Source of the DNA: Balanoglossus misakiensis
Taxonomy: Eukaryota; Animalia; Hemichordata
Reading direction: 5' to 3'
Assembly (NCBI GenBank): GCA_040954595.2
Contig: CM082582.2
Span: 1,054,001-1,118,000, forward strand
Length of the DNA stretch: 64,000 nucleotides
Part shown: positions 51,371 through 64,000 of the stretch, one piece after another
Numbering within the stretch: the stretch's first letter is position 1
Layout: the number at the start of each line of letters is the position of its first letter
Made by a program: the position numbers and the translations under genes
Notes under the pieces: generated by a model
Told to the model about the DNA's origin: nothing
Databases searched by the model: none
What the model saw: the letters and a program-made list of their open reading frames with translations, nothing else

Positions 51371-51777
51371 GAGTTGAACAAAAAATGCCATATTTGCAAT
51401 GCTGTTGTCTTGTTTTGGGTGCCTATGTTAAGGCTTGAAAATGAAAGCTTATTCACCATTTTGGCACAAACAGTGGCGAGAAGGTGTTCCAATGTAACTT
51501 AGAAGAGTTGCCATATTTGCAATACAGTTATATTGTTTAAGGTATGAATGCAAATCCTGAATATTAGATTTATAACAATTTCATTGGAAAGAACATTTGT
51601 AGGTTCATCATTGACCCCATAGGACTGTCAACTCGACTACAGACAGTCTCGATGAACACAAGACATGATCCCAATTTGCAAGCTGAGTTGAAACTGACTG
51701 CTGCAGTAACTTTAGCTCTGGGAATGTCTTGTGTGATTTAAAGCAATTGATGACCAAATTTAACACAGTTTCTCTGA

Positions 51778-52519
51778 GGTAACCACTTAGCTTTCGTGAC
51801 TGGTTGTTTAAGAATCCAAAAAACATGAATTCTACCCAATGAATTCAACCCTTAGAATTTCACAACTGTAACAGAGTTTGCAGTCATGCACAAAAGTGTG
51901 TATCATACACATAAGAAATTTCTCACATGTATTTTTATGATGGCAATGCATTCGACTGTAAACAAACATTGACATCAGTCAGTAGCGCTATTTTGTCAGT
52001 GAAATGGCTTCATCATCATCCCTCCAACCAAAGTTGAAACTGAGTTGCAAATATTGCACAGCTTGAAATCATAAAATGTTGCAAAATTGAACCAACAGTT
52101 CGGTCAATGATCAAGTTCTTACAGCTATTATTAGAACCAGACAATCTCAGCGAACAAGAGACATGGGCCTTATTTGCAAGTCGAGTTAGAACTGCCTTTG
52201 CCTGCCCACGGACGCCCCAGTTTCAGCAAAAATTATTGCATTAAAATGTGAGTATGGAGAACTATGCTCTGTGTTCCTTTTGTTAGCTTACATAGCTGTT
52301 GTCATTCTAGTTTTTCCTCTGTCCTGTGAACAGAGTTTCAGTTGCGAAAACCGACAGTTCTCAAAGTACAAAAGTACACCTAAATTGCCTCGGTGATGAG
52401 CATGCAGAATTTATCTGATGCTTTTTACTGGCAGAAGGACCCCACCAGTTGCAGATTGTCAATTCCATGGCACAAGGGAATTTACGCTTTGCGTTCAAAT
52501 ATAAATAATTAAAACCTGT
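51778..52519. repeat. About 740-bp segment duplicated in inverted orientation at 60808-61546
   Basis: For example CAAAAGTACACCTAAATTGCCTCGGTGATGAGCATGCAG near 52370 is the reverse complement of sequence near 60920-60960. Confidence 0.88.
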
Positions 52520-53844
52520 TTAATTTTTCTATATGTTCTTTAGTGATGATTCAAAAGTATTATGACTGCTAGTGTGATTAATATTCTATTTTCAAAATGT
52601 GTTTCTCTTAATGATTATGAATACATCAAAATTTATGCTTTAAAATTAAATCATTATACCTGAAATATTGCAAATATTTGGAGGGTTGCATTTAATTTGA
52701 AGTTCTCGATCAAAGTTTTAGGCATAAAAAAGGTGCTACACCCCCGAAAAATTGGTAGCTATGAATTCAATTCAAAGAGTGTTGTAATGTCTGTTTTGCA
52801 ACAGGGTGCCAGTTCAACAAAGCGCATGAGGATAGTAAATCACCTTTGTGAATTTTGTGCACCACAGTAAGAATTCCCTAGAAACTGCAAACTAAATTGC
52901 AAAGCAATCAGACAAAAATGGCAGAAATTGCCAAAAAAAAAAAAACAATATTGTCACTTCCATCACTGGGTTTGTTAAATTGTCATAAAATCACACCTAA
53001 GAACATGCAAACCAAATTTTAAAAAAAATGTGGGTAGAGGTTTCTGAGTATATGACGACCAAAATCACCCCAAAAATATACTTTAAAAATGAAAAATAAA
53101 ATCTGTATAAAGTCTCAATAACATAAATACACACCAATTTCTAAAGCAATCTGACCAGTACCTTCTTGAGTTTCTGAGTTTAGAACAATATCACATTGGT
53201 CCCAATGGTATATTGACATATACAAAATTGGACCTAAAGAGTAAAACACATTTCAAAGATTTTACAATTAAAGCCTCACAAGCTGCCAAATTTTACACAT
53301 CTTTTTCCACAATAACATTTTTCAAATCATCCACCTATCCTTTAAAATCAGCACCATTGAGCCATATTACTTGAATTTGCATGGGGTTTGTCATCTCTCT
53401 GCGATGTGTACCCTCCATATGGAGGCTGATTAAAACAGGTGTGGCGCTCGTTTAATATCTGACTTCTTTAAATTGCAACATACAGGCACATTCATTAGTC
53501 AATAAAATGTTCATGTATACCTATCAGTCAGTTTGTTTAGATGAACAAATCTAAGATGGAAAGTAATATCATGAAAATACTGAAAGATTGGAAACTCTGA
53601 GTTTGAGTCTAAGGATAACAAGGGAACCTCTCTACTATTTGACGCACCAAAGCTATGAAAAACTTCCTTCTTTCCCTCAAATATTTTTTATGAATATGTT
53701 CTACTCCGTGATTAAAATTTCCCTTTTACCAAATGTACATATGTAAGAGACGAGATTTTTTCAGCAAAATTTCAAATGGCCTAGGGTGACTTTTTACCTA
53801 CTTACCCATATTGGGTAGCATGAAACACAGAATGGCATACCAGT

Positions 53845-55026
53845 GGGTTAGAGATACAGCGTTTTATATTAACATGAATTAACATGAAACTAAAAATTTG
53901 ATGGTTTACTTAGGACTGCCTTGATCCATGGTAACCTCATTAAATATGTACATATCTAATTCTAGGCTATCCAGTTGCGGTAGAAACCTGGACATGGACA
54001 ACTTTGGGGTCAAAATCTTTGACAAAATGTTGGGTGATCTTGGGTAAACTTTGACCTACATTCCTATATCTTGGCATCCGGCACAGATACATCCTTGACA
54101 CTTGGAGTGATGGAACTGCATAATGGAGTATTATGTCTCAGCTAGTCACAGTGCTTTTGCTGTGTTTTATGTCTTTTATTCAGCCAAATTAGATGTTTTT
54201 CATTACACATTGGCTGTGTTTGCCAGTACTTTTTAGCTGGTCACACTGCCTTAACACAATGTATTCTCTAAATACTCTGCAATCTTTATGAAGCATATAC
54301 AGCAGACAAAGTTGTGGTAAGACTAAACTTGCCCTTCTTTGTGATTAAAGCATGACCGGCCTGTCTTAGGTGGCCCCTACCTAGGGGCTTTACCCGTCAT
54401 TGGCTCACAGTCTGAGAAATCAGCTCTGCAGGGAAGTTAACGATGTAACCCACCATTAAAGCTTGGATTTCCGCTTTTTGTATTTGATGCCTGGCTGAGG
54501 CCTTCTTAGGATCTACCCAACGCTGAGTAGGCTATCCTGTCATTGGCACACAGTCTCAGGGAGGGAGTCAAAAGTTCAGTATACCATCAAAGCCTTTATA
54601 TTGTCCATTCTTTTTAAGAGAAGGCTGGCTGCTGTAGAAAAATGTTGATCTCAAATTTATCATGTCCAAAAAGCCAGACTTCCAGCCCTATTGGTTAGGC
54701 TGGCATTAGGTAAGTACATAATTAATGAGGCAAGACATAATACTCAATCAAATAGTTCCATCACTCCAAGTGTCAAGGTTGTATCTGCTCCGGATGCTAA
54801 AATATAGGAATGTAGGTCAAAGTTTACCCAAGATCACACAAATGTTTGTCAAAAGATTTTGACCCCGAAGTTGTCCATGTCCAGGTTTCTACTTCAGCTG
54901 AATAGCCTAGAATTAGATATGCACATATTTAACGAGGTTACCATTGCTCAGGGGGGTCTTAAATTAACCATCAAATTTTAGTTTCATATTAATGCATATT
55001 AATATAAAACACTGTATCTCTAACCC
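53845..55026. repeat. Inverted pair of about 290-bp fragments related to the HINE family (53845-54139 and 54733-55026)
   Basis: Arms share CATATCTAATTCTAGGCTA...GGACATGG...GGGGTCAAAA with the 19-20 kb element and are reverse complements of each other. Confidence 0.75.
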
Positions 55027-55414
55027 TACAGGTAAGCCTAGAATTAGGTACATGTACATGCGTAAGTTTTTGACAAGACAGTTAAGCTGTAATATATGTA
55101 CATGAACCTTGACAATTGACTTAAAATAACATAAAGGCAGAACTGATACTGATTGGAGATAGATATTACTAATGACAGTGATGTTAATTACACCAGGAAT
55201 GTTTGTCTTAGTATACGGTAGCTAACCGACTGCTTGAGGTTAAGTAATAAAAGTGCCCACTTGCGATTCACCTTCAAATAGCTACTTAGTCTTTGGTACA
55301 TGTACATTGTTTTTCCAATGATTAGACAAAGGATATACATACGTGTAATTAAGAGTGTAAAATATAAAATATGCTCGACCGTAGTTCCTGTCTTCTGAAT
55401 GATCTTTATTTAAA

Positions 55415-55454
55415 ACCAACGTTTCGGCAGTACACAGACTGCCTTCTTCAGGGT
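55415..55454 (-). ncRNA. Second hammerhead copy in the inverted pseudo-LTR
   Basis: Reverse complement of 57175-57214. Confidence 0.78.
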
Positions 55455-55994
55455 ATACTAATGGAAACAAATAAAACACGATAGGAATCGGTTAAAATAG
55501 GTATGTGGTAAAAAGCAGTAAGTTTCAGAAAATTAACAAAATTGGCATTACAATAAAAGGCGTCTCTGTGTGACTAGAGGTTAAAAAATGAATGGTAATG
55601 ACACAAGTTGTACATTTCATGGGAATAAAATCACTATATATGTGTAGAATGAAGAGAGAAACCAACCTTGATACGAAGTTGCAGCGTATCGAGAAGTACA
55701 GTGATGGTGTTGGAAACTGACTCCCTAGTGTGGGGCAGAAAGATCAAATGTAGACCCCCCAGGTGAGATGAGAATAGAGGAACATGGTATGGAGGCATCA
55801 TCCCTCCTTACGGTTGATACCATTTGGCGATAGGGTACCAAACTCAGTAATGAAGAAGAGTTCTTTTTGACGTCGGGTTTGTGTGTTGGGGCTGAACATT
55901 TTGCAGAGGCCACTGGCATGAAAGTGACTGAGGTTGTGACCAGGTTGGTTAAAATGTTCTGAGACAGGGGTGGGTTTGTTATTTTTGATGGTGT

Positions 55995-56831
55995 GACGTT
56001 TTCGGTTCTATCACTTGGAGTCAGACTCTACGTTACCGCCGCATTTGTTCAAGCGACCAGTCATATGACAAAGCCACTAGTGATCTGAGAGAGCATTTCA
56101 GGGCAAGGGGCTATAATCCACATAAGATCGACCATGACATCAACAAAGCGAAGAACCTAGACAGAAAACAACTCATCAACGCCAACCACTCGAGCCCCAG
56201 ACGACGCAACCAAAGAATTCCCTTGGTTGTCACCTTCAATCCTGTCCTCCCCAAAATTTCCGACATTCTCACCAAACACTGGGGCATTATTTCCAATGAC
56301 ACAGAAATAAACAAGGCCATTAAGGAATTACCAATAACAGCGTACAAACAATCCCCCAACATGAGGAAGATCCTTGTAAGAGCAAACCTGAAAACCACAC
56401 CCATCGATCGCACTACTGGCGACACCAAACGATGTGGCAAATGCAACCAATGTCCCTTTATTTCAGAAACAGACACCATCACAAGTACACACACCGGCAA
56501 AACCCACAAAGTCATTGGGAACATCAAATGCACTACCCGCAACCTTATCTACATCATAACCTGCCAGAAATGCCTAAAACAATATATAGGCGAAACAAAA
56601 AGAGAATTCAAACGACGCCTATATGAACACATCTACACCATCAAAAATAACAAACCCACCCCTGTCTCAGAACATTTTAACCAACCTGGTCACAACCTCA
56701 GTCACTTTCATGCCAGTGGCCTCTGCAAAATGTTCAGCCCCAACACACAAACCCGACGTCAAAAAGAACTCTTCTTCATTACTGAGTTTGGTACCCTATC
56801 GCCAAATGGTATCAACCGTAAGGAGGGATGA
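55995..56831 (+). CDS. Penelope RT C-terminus plus GIY-YIG endonuclease (5'-truncated)
   Basis: SITWSQTLRYRRICS...RGY...IPLVVTFNP...CGKCNQC...CTTRNLIYIITCQKCLKQYIGETKR...RLYEH...VSEHF...KELFFI...PNGIN. Confidence 0.93.
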   Translation, partial: DVFGSITWSQTLRYRRICSSDQSYDKATSDLREHFRARGYNPHKIDHDINKAKNLDRKQLINANHSSPRRRNQRIPLVVTFNPVLPKISDILTKHWGIISNDTEINKAIKELPITAYKQSPNMRKILVRANLKTTPIDRTTGDTKRCGKCNQCPFISETDTITSTHTGKTHKVIGNIKCTTRNLIYIITCQKCLKQYIGETKREFKRRLYEHIYTIKNNKPTPVSEHFNQPGHNLSHFHASGLCKMFSPNTQTRRQKELFFITEFGTLSPNGINRKEG

Positions 56832-57174
56832 TGCCTCCATACCATGTTCCTCTATTCTCATCTCACCTGGGGGGTCTACATTTGATCTTTCTGCCCCACA
56901 CTAGGGAGTCAGTTTCCAACACCATCACTGTACTTCTCGATACGCTGCAACTTCGTATCAAGGTTGGTTTCTCTCTTCATTCTACACATATATAGTGATT
57001 TTATTCCCATGAAATGTACAACTTGTGTCATTACCATTCATTTTTTAACCTCTAGTCACACAGAGACGCCTTTTATTGTAATGCCAATTTTGTTAATTTT
57101 CTGAAACTTACTGCTTTTTACCACATACCTATTTTAACCGATTCCTATCGTGTTTTATTTGTTTCCATTAGTAT

Positions 57175-57214
57175 ACCCTGAAGAAGGCAGTCTGTGTACT
57201 GCCGAAACGTTGGT
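57175..57214 (+). ncRNA. Minimal type I hammerhead ribozyme in the Penelope pseudo-LTR
   Basis: ACC CTGAAGA A GGCAGT CTGTGT ACTGCC GAAAC GTT GGT: CUGANGA and GAAA core, 6-bp stem II, palindromic stem III, 3-bp stem I. Confidence 0.8.
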
Positions 57215-57659
57215 TTTAAATAAAGATCATTCAGAAGACAGGAACTACGGTCGAGCATATTTTATATTTTACACTCTGTTCTACGTCCGATGTGCTCCCG
57301 CCTTCCGCTGAAAACTTCGATAGTTGTAGTTGGACTGACTTTCCTACCTATCCTTTTGTAATTAAGGTTGGGTAGCATTTTCAATGTAATAAGCCCTGCC
57401 TTCACTATAATCTTACACCAAATCAACACTGTTCAGTAATGTGATAGGCTTCAAAGCGACGCTAGTTACATCATAATTCCCAGCAAGGGGTATTAGTTTA
57501 TTGGGCAAGTGGCATGAGTGAGGCCAGACATTAGTTTTGGAAGCAAAGCGGACAGAACACTGCCGGGCATAGACTAGGTAGTTCTGAACGGTCCTGTTTC
57601 ATAAGTCAGGTCCATGACATATGTACCGACATCTGTGATTGGTCCATCTGGTAATCTTA

Positions 57660-59004
57660 GGTCCACTTGAGGCACGGTGATTGGAGGGACCTTATGTGTT
57701 AGGTCTTATTATTATGTATTATTCACTAGACCTTGTAGGTTAGGTCTTATTACTATGTATTATTCACTTTACAGCTCCCTGATTGGTTAATGTGTAGGTC
57801 TGGTCCTCCAGTGTTCACTGCCTCATTATGCAGGACCTTGTAGGTTAGGTCTTATTAACATGCATTTATTCAATTGTCAGCTCCCTGATTGGTTAATGTG
57901 TAGGTCTCCAATTTTCACTGCCTCGTTATGCAAAGTCTTTTGTACTTTCTGAATACAGTTGTCGTATTCTGTCTGGCATGCTGCCTGCGCGTTGTCGAAG
58001 CTCGATCCCAGTGTATAAAGAAAGGCACTCATATAATGATTGGATTTAACATTTCCTTCACTATTCATGGCATTTTTTTGTGATACTGTGAACTAGATAC
58101 TCGAAATAAAAATTGCCAGGAGAATTTTTTTATGTTATTTCCAGTGGCGGTTTGTTGAAATGGGCTAGTGTTTTGTTACGTAATGCTTTTCAGCGCATCA
58201 CTTCGTGTAACACCTGGCTGAATACGAAGTGTGTGCTATTCATTCGAGCAAACCAAAAATATCTTACAATAGAACTGTTTAGAATAGCATTGCATTTCTT
58301 TAATTGGGATACCTCATTAGTTGCTTTACAGGTATGATTACTTTTATTGTACTTCTTTCACGAAGCTGCACCGTCATAGTTCCATTTTTATGAAAACAAT
58401 ATACGAATGTATAAACGGACAACGTACTCCTTTTCACAACATCTACGTCAAAACAAATTTACTTTAAAATAGTAAAACAACAATAATAATATTGATGATG
58501 AGAAGTAGGAGGGTGATTTAAGAAAATATACAACTGTTAGCAAAAATGCTTAGATGTGTTAATCAGATTTTCAAAGTCCATCTAAAAATCATTTAATCTT
58601 TCCAGGGTGCAGTTTATGTTGGAGATAGTATCAGTCAGGCTATTTCTCAGAAAATTAATGAATGATCTGCGGACATACCGAATAATGTGTTACCACAACG
58701 CTAGCCAGGAAGCACATGGGACATTTCACAATGAGGCAGTGAACACTGGGAGACCAGACTGACACGTTAACCAATCAGGGAGCTGTATGGTGAATAAATA
58801 CATATTAATATGACCTAACCTACAAGGTCCTGTATTATGAGGCAGTGAACACATGGGGGACCAGACTGACACGTTAACCAATCAGGGAGCTGTAAAGCGA
58901 AAAATGCATAGTAATAAGACCTAACCTACAAGGTCTAGTGAATAATACATAATAATAAGACCTAACCTACAAGGTCCCTCCAATCAGCGTGCCGCAAGTG
59001 GACC
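57660..59004. mobile_element. Non-autonomous TIR element with about 280-bp internally repetitive TIRs, flanked by TA
   Basis: TA|GGTCCACTTG ... CAAGTGGACC|TA; subrepeats GACCTTGTAGGTTAGGTCTTATTA and CAGCTCCCTGATTGGTTAA are mirrored near 58720-59004. Confidence 0.75.
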
Positions 59005-62000
59005 TAAGAGAAGCGGATAAACCAATCATAACATGCAAAACATGTGTATAGGACGTGTAATGTAGGTCATTTTGAAACAGGACTAATGTGACCATGGACG
59101 TTACCACATTAGACTCTGTATTGTAAGTTTCTGAAGAATCACAAAAAATCATCAACAGTCTACATGTACTTCAACCTTGTGAGAAGTACTGTATAACACA
59201 CAGGATATACTAGTCACTGTTGGTCAGGTTATTACACACTGTGGTCCCATCTGGGGATTACACAAAATTAGGTATGTCTGTGTTCATGGGAAAAATCATG
59301 TGACATTGGCAAGCAGATATGACCTACTGTAAGAACATTTCAAATGAACCAGACAAGTATTTTAGGGAAAACAACATTCAACAATGACAAAAACTGCCTC
59401 AAACCACATCTATCCAACTATCAACAAATTGTATAATATCTACTTCAATCACCACGCCTCCCAAAGTTGAAAGCAATCTGACTGGTAGTTTCAAAGAATA
59501 CAAATTGCAAAAATTGCCCCAAGACCACAATATGTAAATTTCACCAAAATGATATACAACATTACTTGGGTTACCTCTTGGAACAAGCATACCAAAATTT
59601 AAAAGCAATCTAAGGAGTTTCTCAGAAAATGAATTTTGACCAAAAATGACAGATTACAAATTCTGCGACAATTTAAACAAAACCAACTAAGATCACCTAC
59701 CGGAAGTGTCATACTAAATTCTAAAGAAATCAGCCAATCTCTTTAAGAGAAAAAGATTTTTTTTCAAATGGTAAAACAAGACAAAATAATTGCATAAAAA
59801 ATAGACAATTCACGATATAAACTCAAAGTATATCAGGTATGATGACATTACCTACATGCATACAAATGTTCAAAGCAGTCTAACCAGTTGTTGAGTTTTG
59901 ATCAATTCCACATATTTCACAGGTTATTTGCGTATTTTTGCAATGACAACTTCATTTAAGCAAAATCCCATCTACACACCAAAATAAAAAAAGCGTGGTT
60001 TCATGTTTTGGATCAGGGCAGACATACATCCATATATACATGTAACATGCATACACACATGTACACACACACACAAACACATGCATACATGGCTGCATAC
60101 ATACATACATACATACATACATACAGAGGGAAACGGTCTGGTAATCAATGTTGTGACACTAGCATTAGGCCTTAAACCCCGGTGCGGAAAGTACTGGGGT
60201 TCGGATTAACGTGTGTTTGTACAGTTGTTTATTTGGGAGTGGTCGTCGTGCATAATAACTGTGTAATTGATCTCATGTACATAGAAAATAATTGAACACT
60301 TTACACCTCTGTGCGATTGACAGCTGTTTGAATGGCGTGGTTATTGTTTCCCAGGGATGCTTCTGAAAAGCACTGAAACCAGATTTCTCCCAAAATCATC
60401 GTTGTTTCAAAAGCTCGTGTACTTTTTCATCGATAACTTTATGTTGTGTGTGTTTATAAAGCCAACCACTGTCGTTGTGTGGTGTAATTCTTTATGCTTG
60501 GATCTGTTTGGGCCGATTTTCATAGAGCCAAGATCGTTGGTGTTGTCTGTTGTCAGTCAAACGGCATTAAGATTCGCCACTGATTTGGGGGGTCTTTTAT
60601 ACCACGCATCGGGGTTTAATGTTTATCAATTTATATCATATGAAGTTTTATGTATTCATAATTATTCAGAGAAGCAAATTTTTAAAAATGTGAAATTGTT
60701 ATCAATCGGATGTGCACTGACAGCATGCTTATATGGAATACAGGTACTCTAACACAATCAGTCAAAACACTTTTGAATCATCAATAAATAACATATAGAA
60801 TAATTTTACAGGATTTAATTATTTATATTTGAACGCAAAGCGTAAATTCCCTTGTGCCATGGAATTCACAATCTGCAACTGGTGGGGTCCTTCTGCCAGT
60901 AAGAAGCATCAGATAAATTCTGCATGCTCATCACCGAGGCAATTTAGGTGTACTTTTGTACTTTGAGAACTGTCGGTTTTCGCAACTGAAACTCTGCTCA
61001 CAGGACGGAGGAAAAACTAGAATGACAACAGCTATGTAAGCTAACAAAAGAAACACAGAGCATAGTTCTCCATACTCATATTTTAATGCAATAATTTTTG
61101 CTGAAATTGGGGCGTCCGTGGGCAGGCAAAGGCAGTTCTAACTCAACTTGCAAATCAGGCCCATGTCTCTTGTTCCCTGAGACTGTCTGGTTCTAATAAT
61201 AGCTGTAAGAACATAATCGTTGACCAAAGGGTTGGTTCAATTTTGCAACATTTTATGATTTCAAGCTGTGCAATATTTGCAACTCTGTTTCAACTTTGGT
61301 TGGAGGGATGATGATGAAGCCATTTCACTGACAAAATAGCACTACTAACTGACATCCATATTTGTTTACAGTCAAATGCATTGCCATCAGAAAAATGCAT
61401 ACGAAACAATCCTTATGTGAATAATACACACTTTCTTGCACAACTGCAAACTCTGTCACATTTGTGAAATTTTAAGGAAATTCATTCATTGGGTAGCTTT
61501 ATGAATTCTTAAACAAACTTAGTCATGAAACCTAAATGGTTACCTTACACATCTGGCGGCTCGACTTCTGTGATATGATAGTCTTCAATTAATGTGTATG
61601 TGATTCCATACAAATCCATATGATTACCTGAACGTACAAAATAAATAAAAAATAAAAAATAAATTAAAAATAAATAAGTATCTCATACATATGCATAAGT
61701 GCTTGTGATAAATATATCCTGTATTTAAATAAACCTGTCATTTATTGACCTCGTTTTCCTATTAACCCAAAGGACTAGATTGCACTGTAATATTATTACA
61801 GCTTCATTTCAATGCAACAGGTACACTACATCATATTGGAGCAAATATGCCAGCTCAACATTGATATAAAGAGTGTCAAAATATTGGTGGCTACAAAAGC
61901 TTGTGTCCCTTCAATCCATCCTCGCACTCAGGTGAAAACGAACGTCATTAGTTTTTGGGAAAAAACCTCTGAAATCAATTTCGGTGAGGCCAAATGTGTT

Positions 62001-63322
62001 CCAAAGGCAAACCGTTTCTGGTAAACAAATCAATGGCAAATAATTACTTCGGCGACATACCAATCAGTCAACATGGCTGCCTAATCGTTGGATAGCCCGG
62101 TTTCATCTCGCGATCATTCTGTCTTCCGATATGGCGTTGCATGGTTAAATTCGTCTCTTCTTTGCCGACATAGTCAGGCGACAGCGGTCGAGAAGCATAG
62201 GCAGCGACGCCATCTTGTTTACAATGTGAAGCATCGACTGCGCATGCTCAATAATTTTCCGCGTTTTTTTTTTGCCAACGGCGCGCGCGCGGTGTCTGGT
62301 ATAGAGAAAATAACATGCAAGTGCGCGATTATTCATTTGTAAAAAATCAGTTATACATTTGTCATCAACGTTTGAAAACTTTCAATGATCTTACCTCGGT
62401 AAGCATTTCAAAATAGGTACATTTTTATTTAGAACCATCGTATGTGGAAAATAATAAAACACAGAGTGGGGATTGGCCCTATGTTTGACTTGATCATACC
62501 CAGCTCGGTTTGCGTTTTGTCATTGACGAGGGTGTCAGACTTTTGCTGAGAGAGTGAGTTTCTATAGCGTAAACGTTTATCGACTGGACTTTCTGTGCGC
62601 CAACAATTACATTATTTTTGGCCGGGGAACACGTGCAACTTTTGATGACTGTTTTTCTAGCGCCGTGTTTTTATCTTACGACCTAGAATACCTGCTTTCG
62701 TCACCATGGTCTGCTCTGCACGTACTATGCTTTCCAGTTTATGTAGCTTGAAGTTGTACCACATTTTGGTTTCCGAGCTGTAGCGAACATAAAACCGAAA
62801 CTAATAGCTACGTGTTGACCGCAGCGACTGCGTGTTTTTTTGTTGTATTCCCAACCTACAGTTTATTCTCATGCAGCTCAGACTGAGGTCGCTTCTAAGA
62901 GAAAAAACAACAACATATTTTTGGCTGCTGCCAGACCAGGAATGGAAAATCTTGAGTGGCGCTGGGCTGCATTTCTCTGTAGGACTGTAGTTGTATTGTG
63001 CAAGGGTTCGCCAGCATCGCCTTCAGACTTGTTGTCATAGTCACTGGTGGCGGTTTGTCCTGCACTACTCGTCGTTCTATTTGATGTGGTGGTATTATTC
63101 CCAGATGTCTGTGCCGAGGATCCTGCCCGTTTTCCGATTCTCTTCGTTTTGTCGGCCATTTGCTTCACTTTTTCTGTCATTGTTGCGACGTCAGTCTCTG
63201 TTGTTGTTCGAAGGAGGCGAAAGTCCATTCACCATTAATAGCCGAATTTCCAAGATCGTCCGTTAATTACAATGCGACGTCACGCTACCATGTCCTAAGA
63301 AAGACTACAGGGCACATTTTTT

Positions 63323-63456
63323 TATCTCGTGCGCACGACTTACGTGTGCATGTGATATTTTCTCGTGAACACGAGATATGCACGAGATAGCATGTTTCTC
63401 GTGCACACGAGAAAACATCTCGCTGGAACAAGATACTATCTCTTGCACAAGAAATA
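63323..63456. repeat. Cluster of short palindromic CTCGTG/CACGAG repeats, probably a transposon-derived relic
   Basis: TCTCGTGCGCACGA, TCTCGTGAACACGAGA and TCTCGTGCACACGAGA lie within about 130 bp. Confidence 0.55.
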
Positions 63457-64000
63457 GAATAACTGGCAGCCACTATGATGTCTGCCACAGGCAAATTTAA
63501 ATATTCCACTCTGGATCTTCTTTCAGCCCTTCGGAAAACATGAGCATTTATGAAATCCGGCTCTCAATTTTTCGAGAAGTTCCAGCAGTTGTGGTGTCGC
63601 CAAAAACGAATGTATGCCATTCCTGGCGGAAAAAAATATGCAAGAGACGCTTGCAATACACTGCCATCTACCTGACCGCCCTACATGCCTTAATGTAAGG
63701 TAGAAGGTCGGGCGGTAGGAAGAGTTCACCAAAAGAGGGCGCATTTTATCATCCATTGATTTATACTGTGTACGAGCAGAGAAGCCTCAGTGTTTGCGGT
63801 TAGAACCGTATCGGTAAGACAAAGACAGAAGAGTTGACAGACAACAAACTTATTCAGTTTATATCATATAATTCTTACTGTAAAACGTTCCCTGAATAAA
63901 GCCTTGTGCTCATAAGAACATTGAAGATTGTCGCATACAGACCGACACCTTTTTATCTATTGTAGGTATTGAATAGAACGCTAAATACCTGTGTATTTCT

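Larger units (their letters stand above)
55354..57356 (+). mobile_element. 5'-truncated Penelope-like retroelement with inverted 5' pseudo-LTR, 3' extension and 10-bp TSD
   Basis: 55352-55994 is the reverse complement of 56635-57277; TGTAATTAAG at 55344-55353 and 57357-57366. Confidence 0.92.

Noticed and set aside
55725-55919. ORF identical to part of 56623-56904
   Set aside because: Off-frame translation duplicated by the Penelope inverted repeat.
62878-63228. 116-aa minus-strand Ser/Thr-rich ORF in a GC-richer patch
   Set aside because: No recognisable domain or splice support; might be a decayed retroelement ORF1 start but cannot be supported.

Overview
AT-rich, repeat-dense eukaryotic DNA from an animal, probably a marine invertebrate (inferred from spliceosomal introns and the mix of LINE, Penelope, Crypton and Helentron-type elements). 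About 1-14.4 kb is a repeat mosaic: a 309-bp tandem repeat interrupted by a 5'-truncated L2/CR1-group LINE, a 1.28-kb (TACA)n/(TACG)n tract, two tRNA-Gln-like cloverleaves, spliced OB-fold-like gene remnants and Helentron-type (HINE/DINE-1-like) elements. 14.6-28.0 kb holds the 3' exons of a SVEP1/uninflatable-like type I membrane protein gene (pentraxin, HYR, sushi, GCC2/3 repeats, EGF, TM, NPxY tail). This copy looks inactivated by a 1.6-kb insertion in the HYR exon, a lost splice acceptor and a frameshift. One intron carries an apparently intact CryptonA-type tyrosine-recombinase element. Its ends are both complementary to one internal junction, and it ends in a 153-nt hairpin with strand-asymmetric mismatches; this is the most interesting item and suggests a folded-ssDNA recombination substrate. 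33.9-50.1 kb is an 86-bp satellite with higher-order structure, bracketed by TACATGTA direct repeats. 50-64 kb has a young Penelope element with an inverted pseudo-LTR, hammerhead ribozymes and a 10-bp TSD, plus several inverted-repeat elements. Coordinates were read by eye and may be off by a few bases; no database searches were run.
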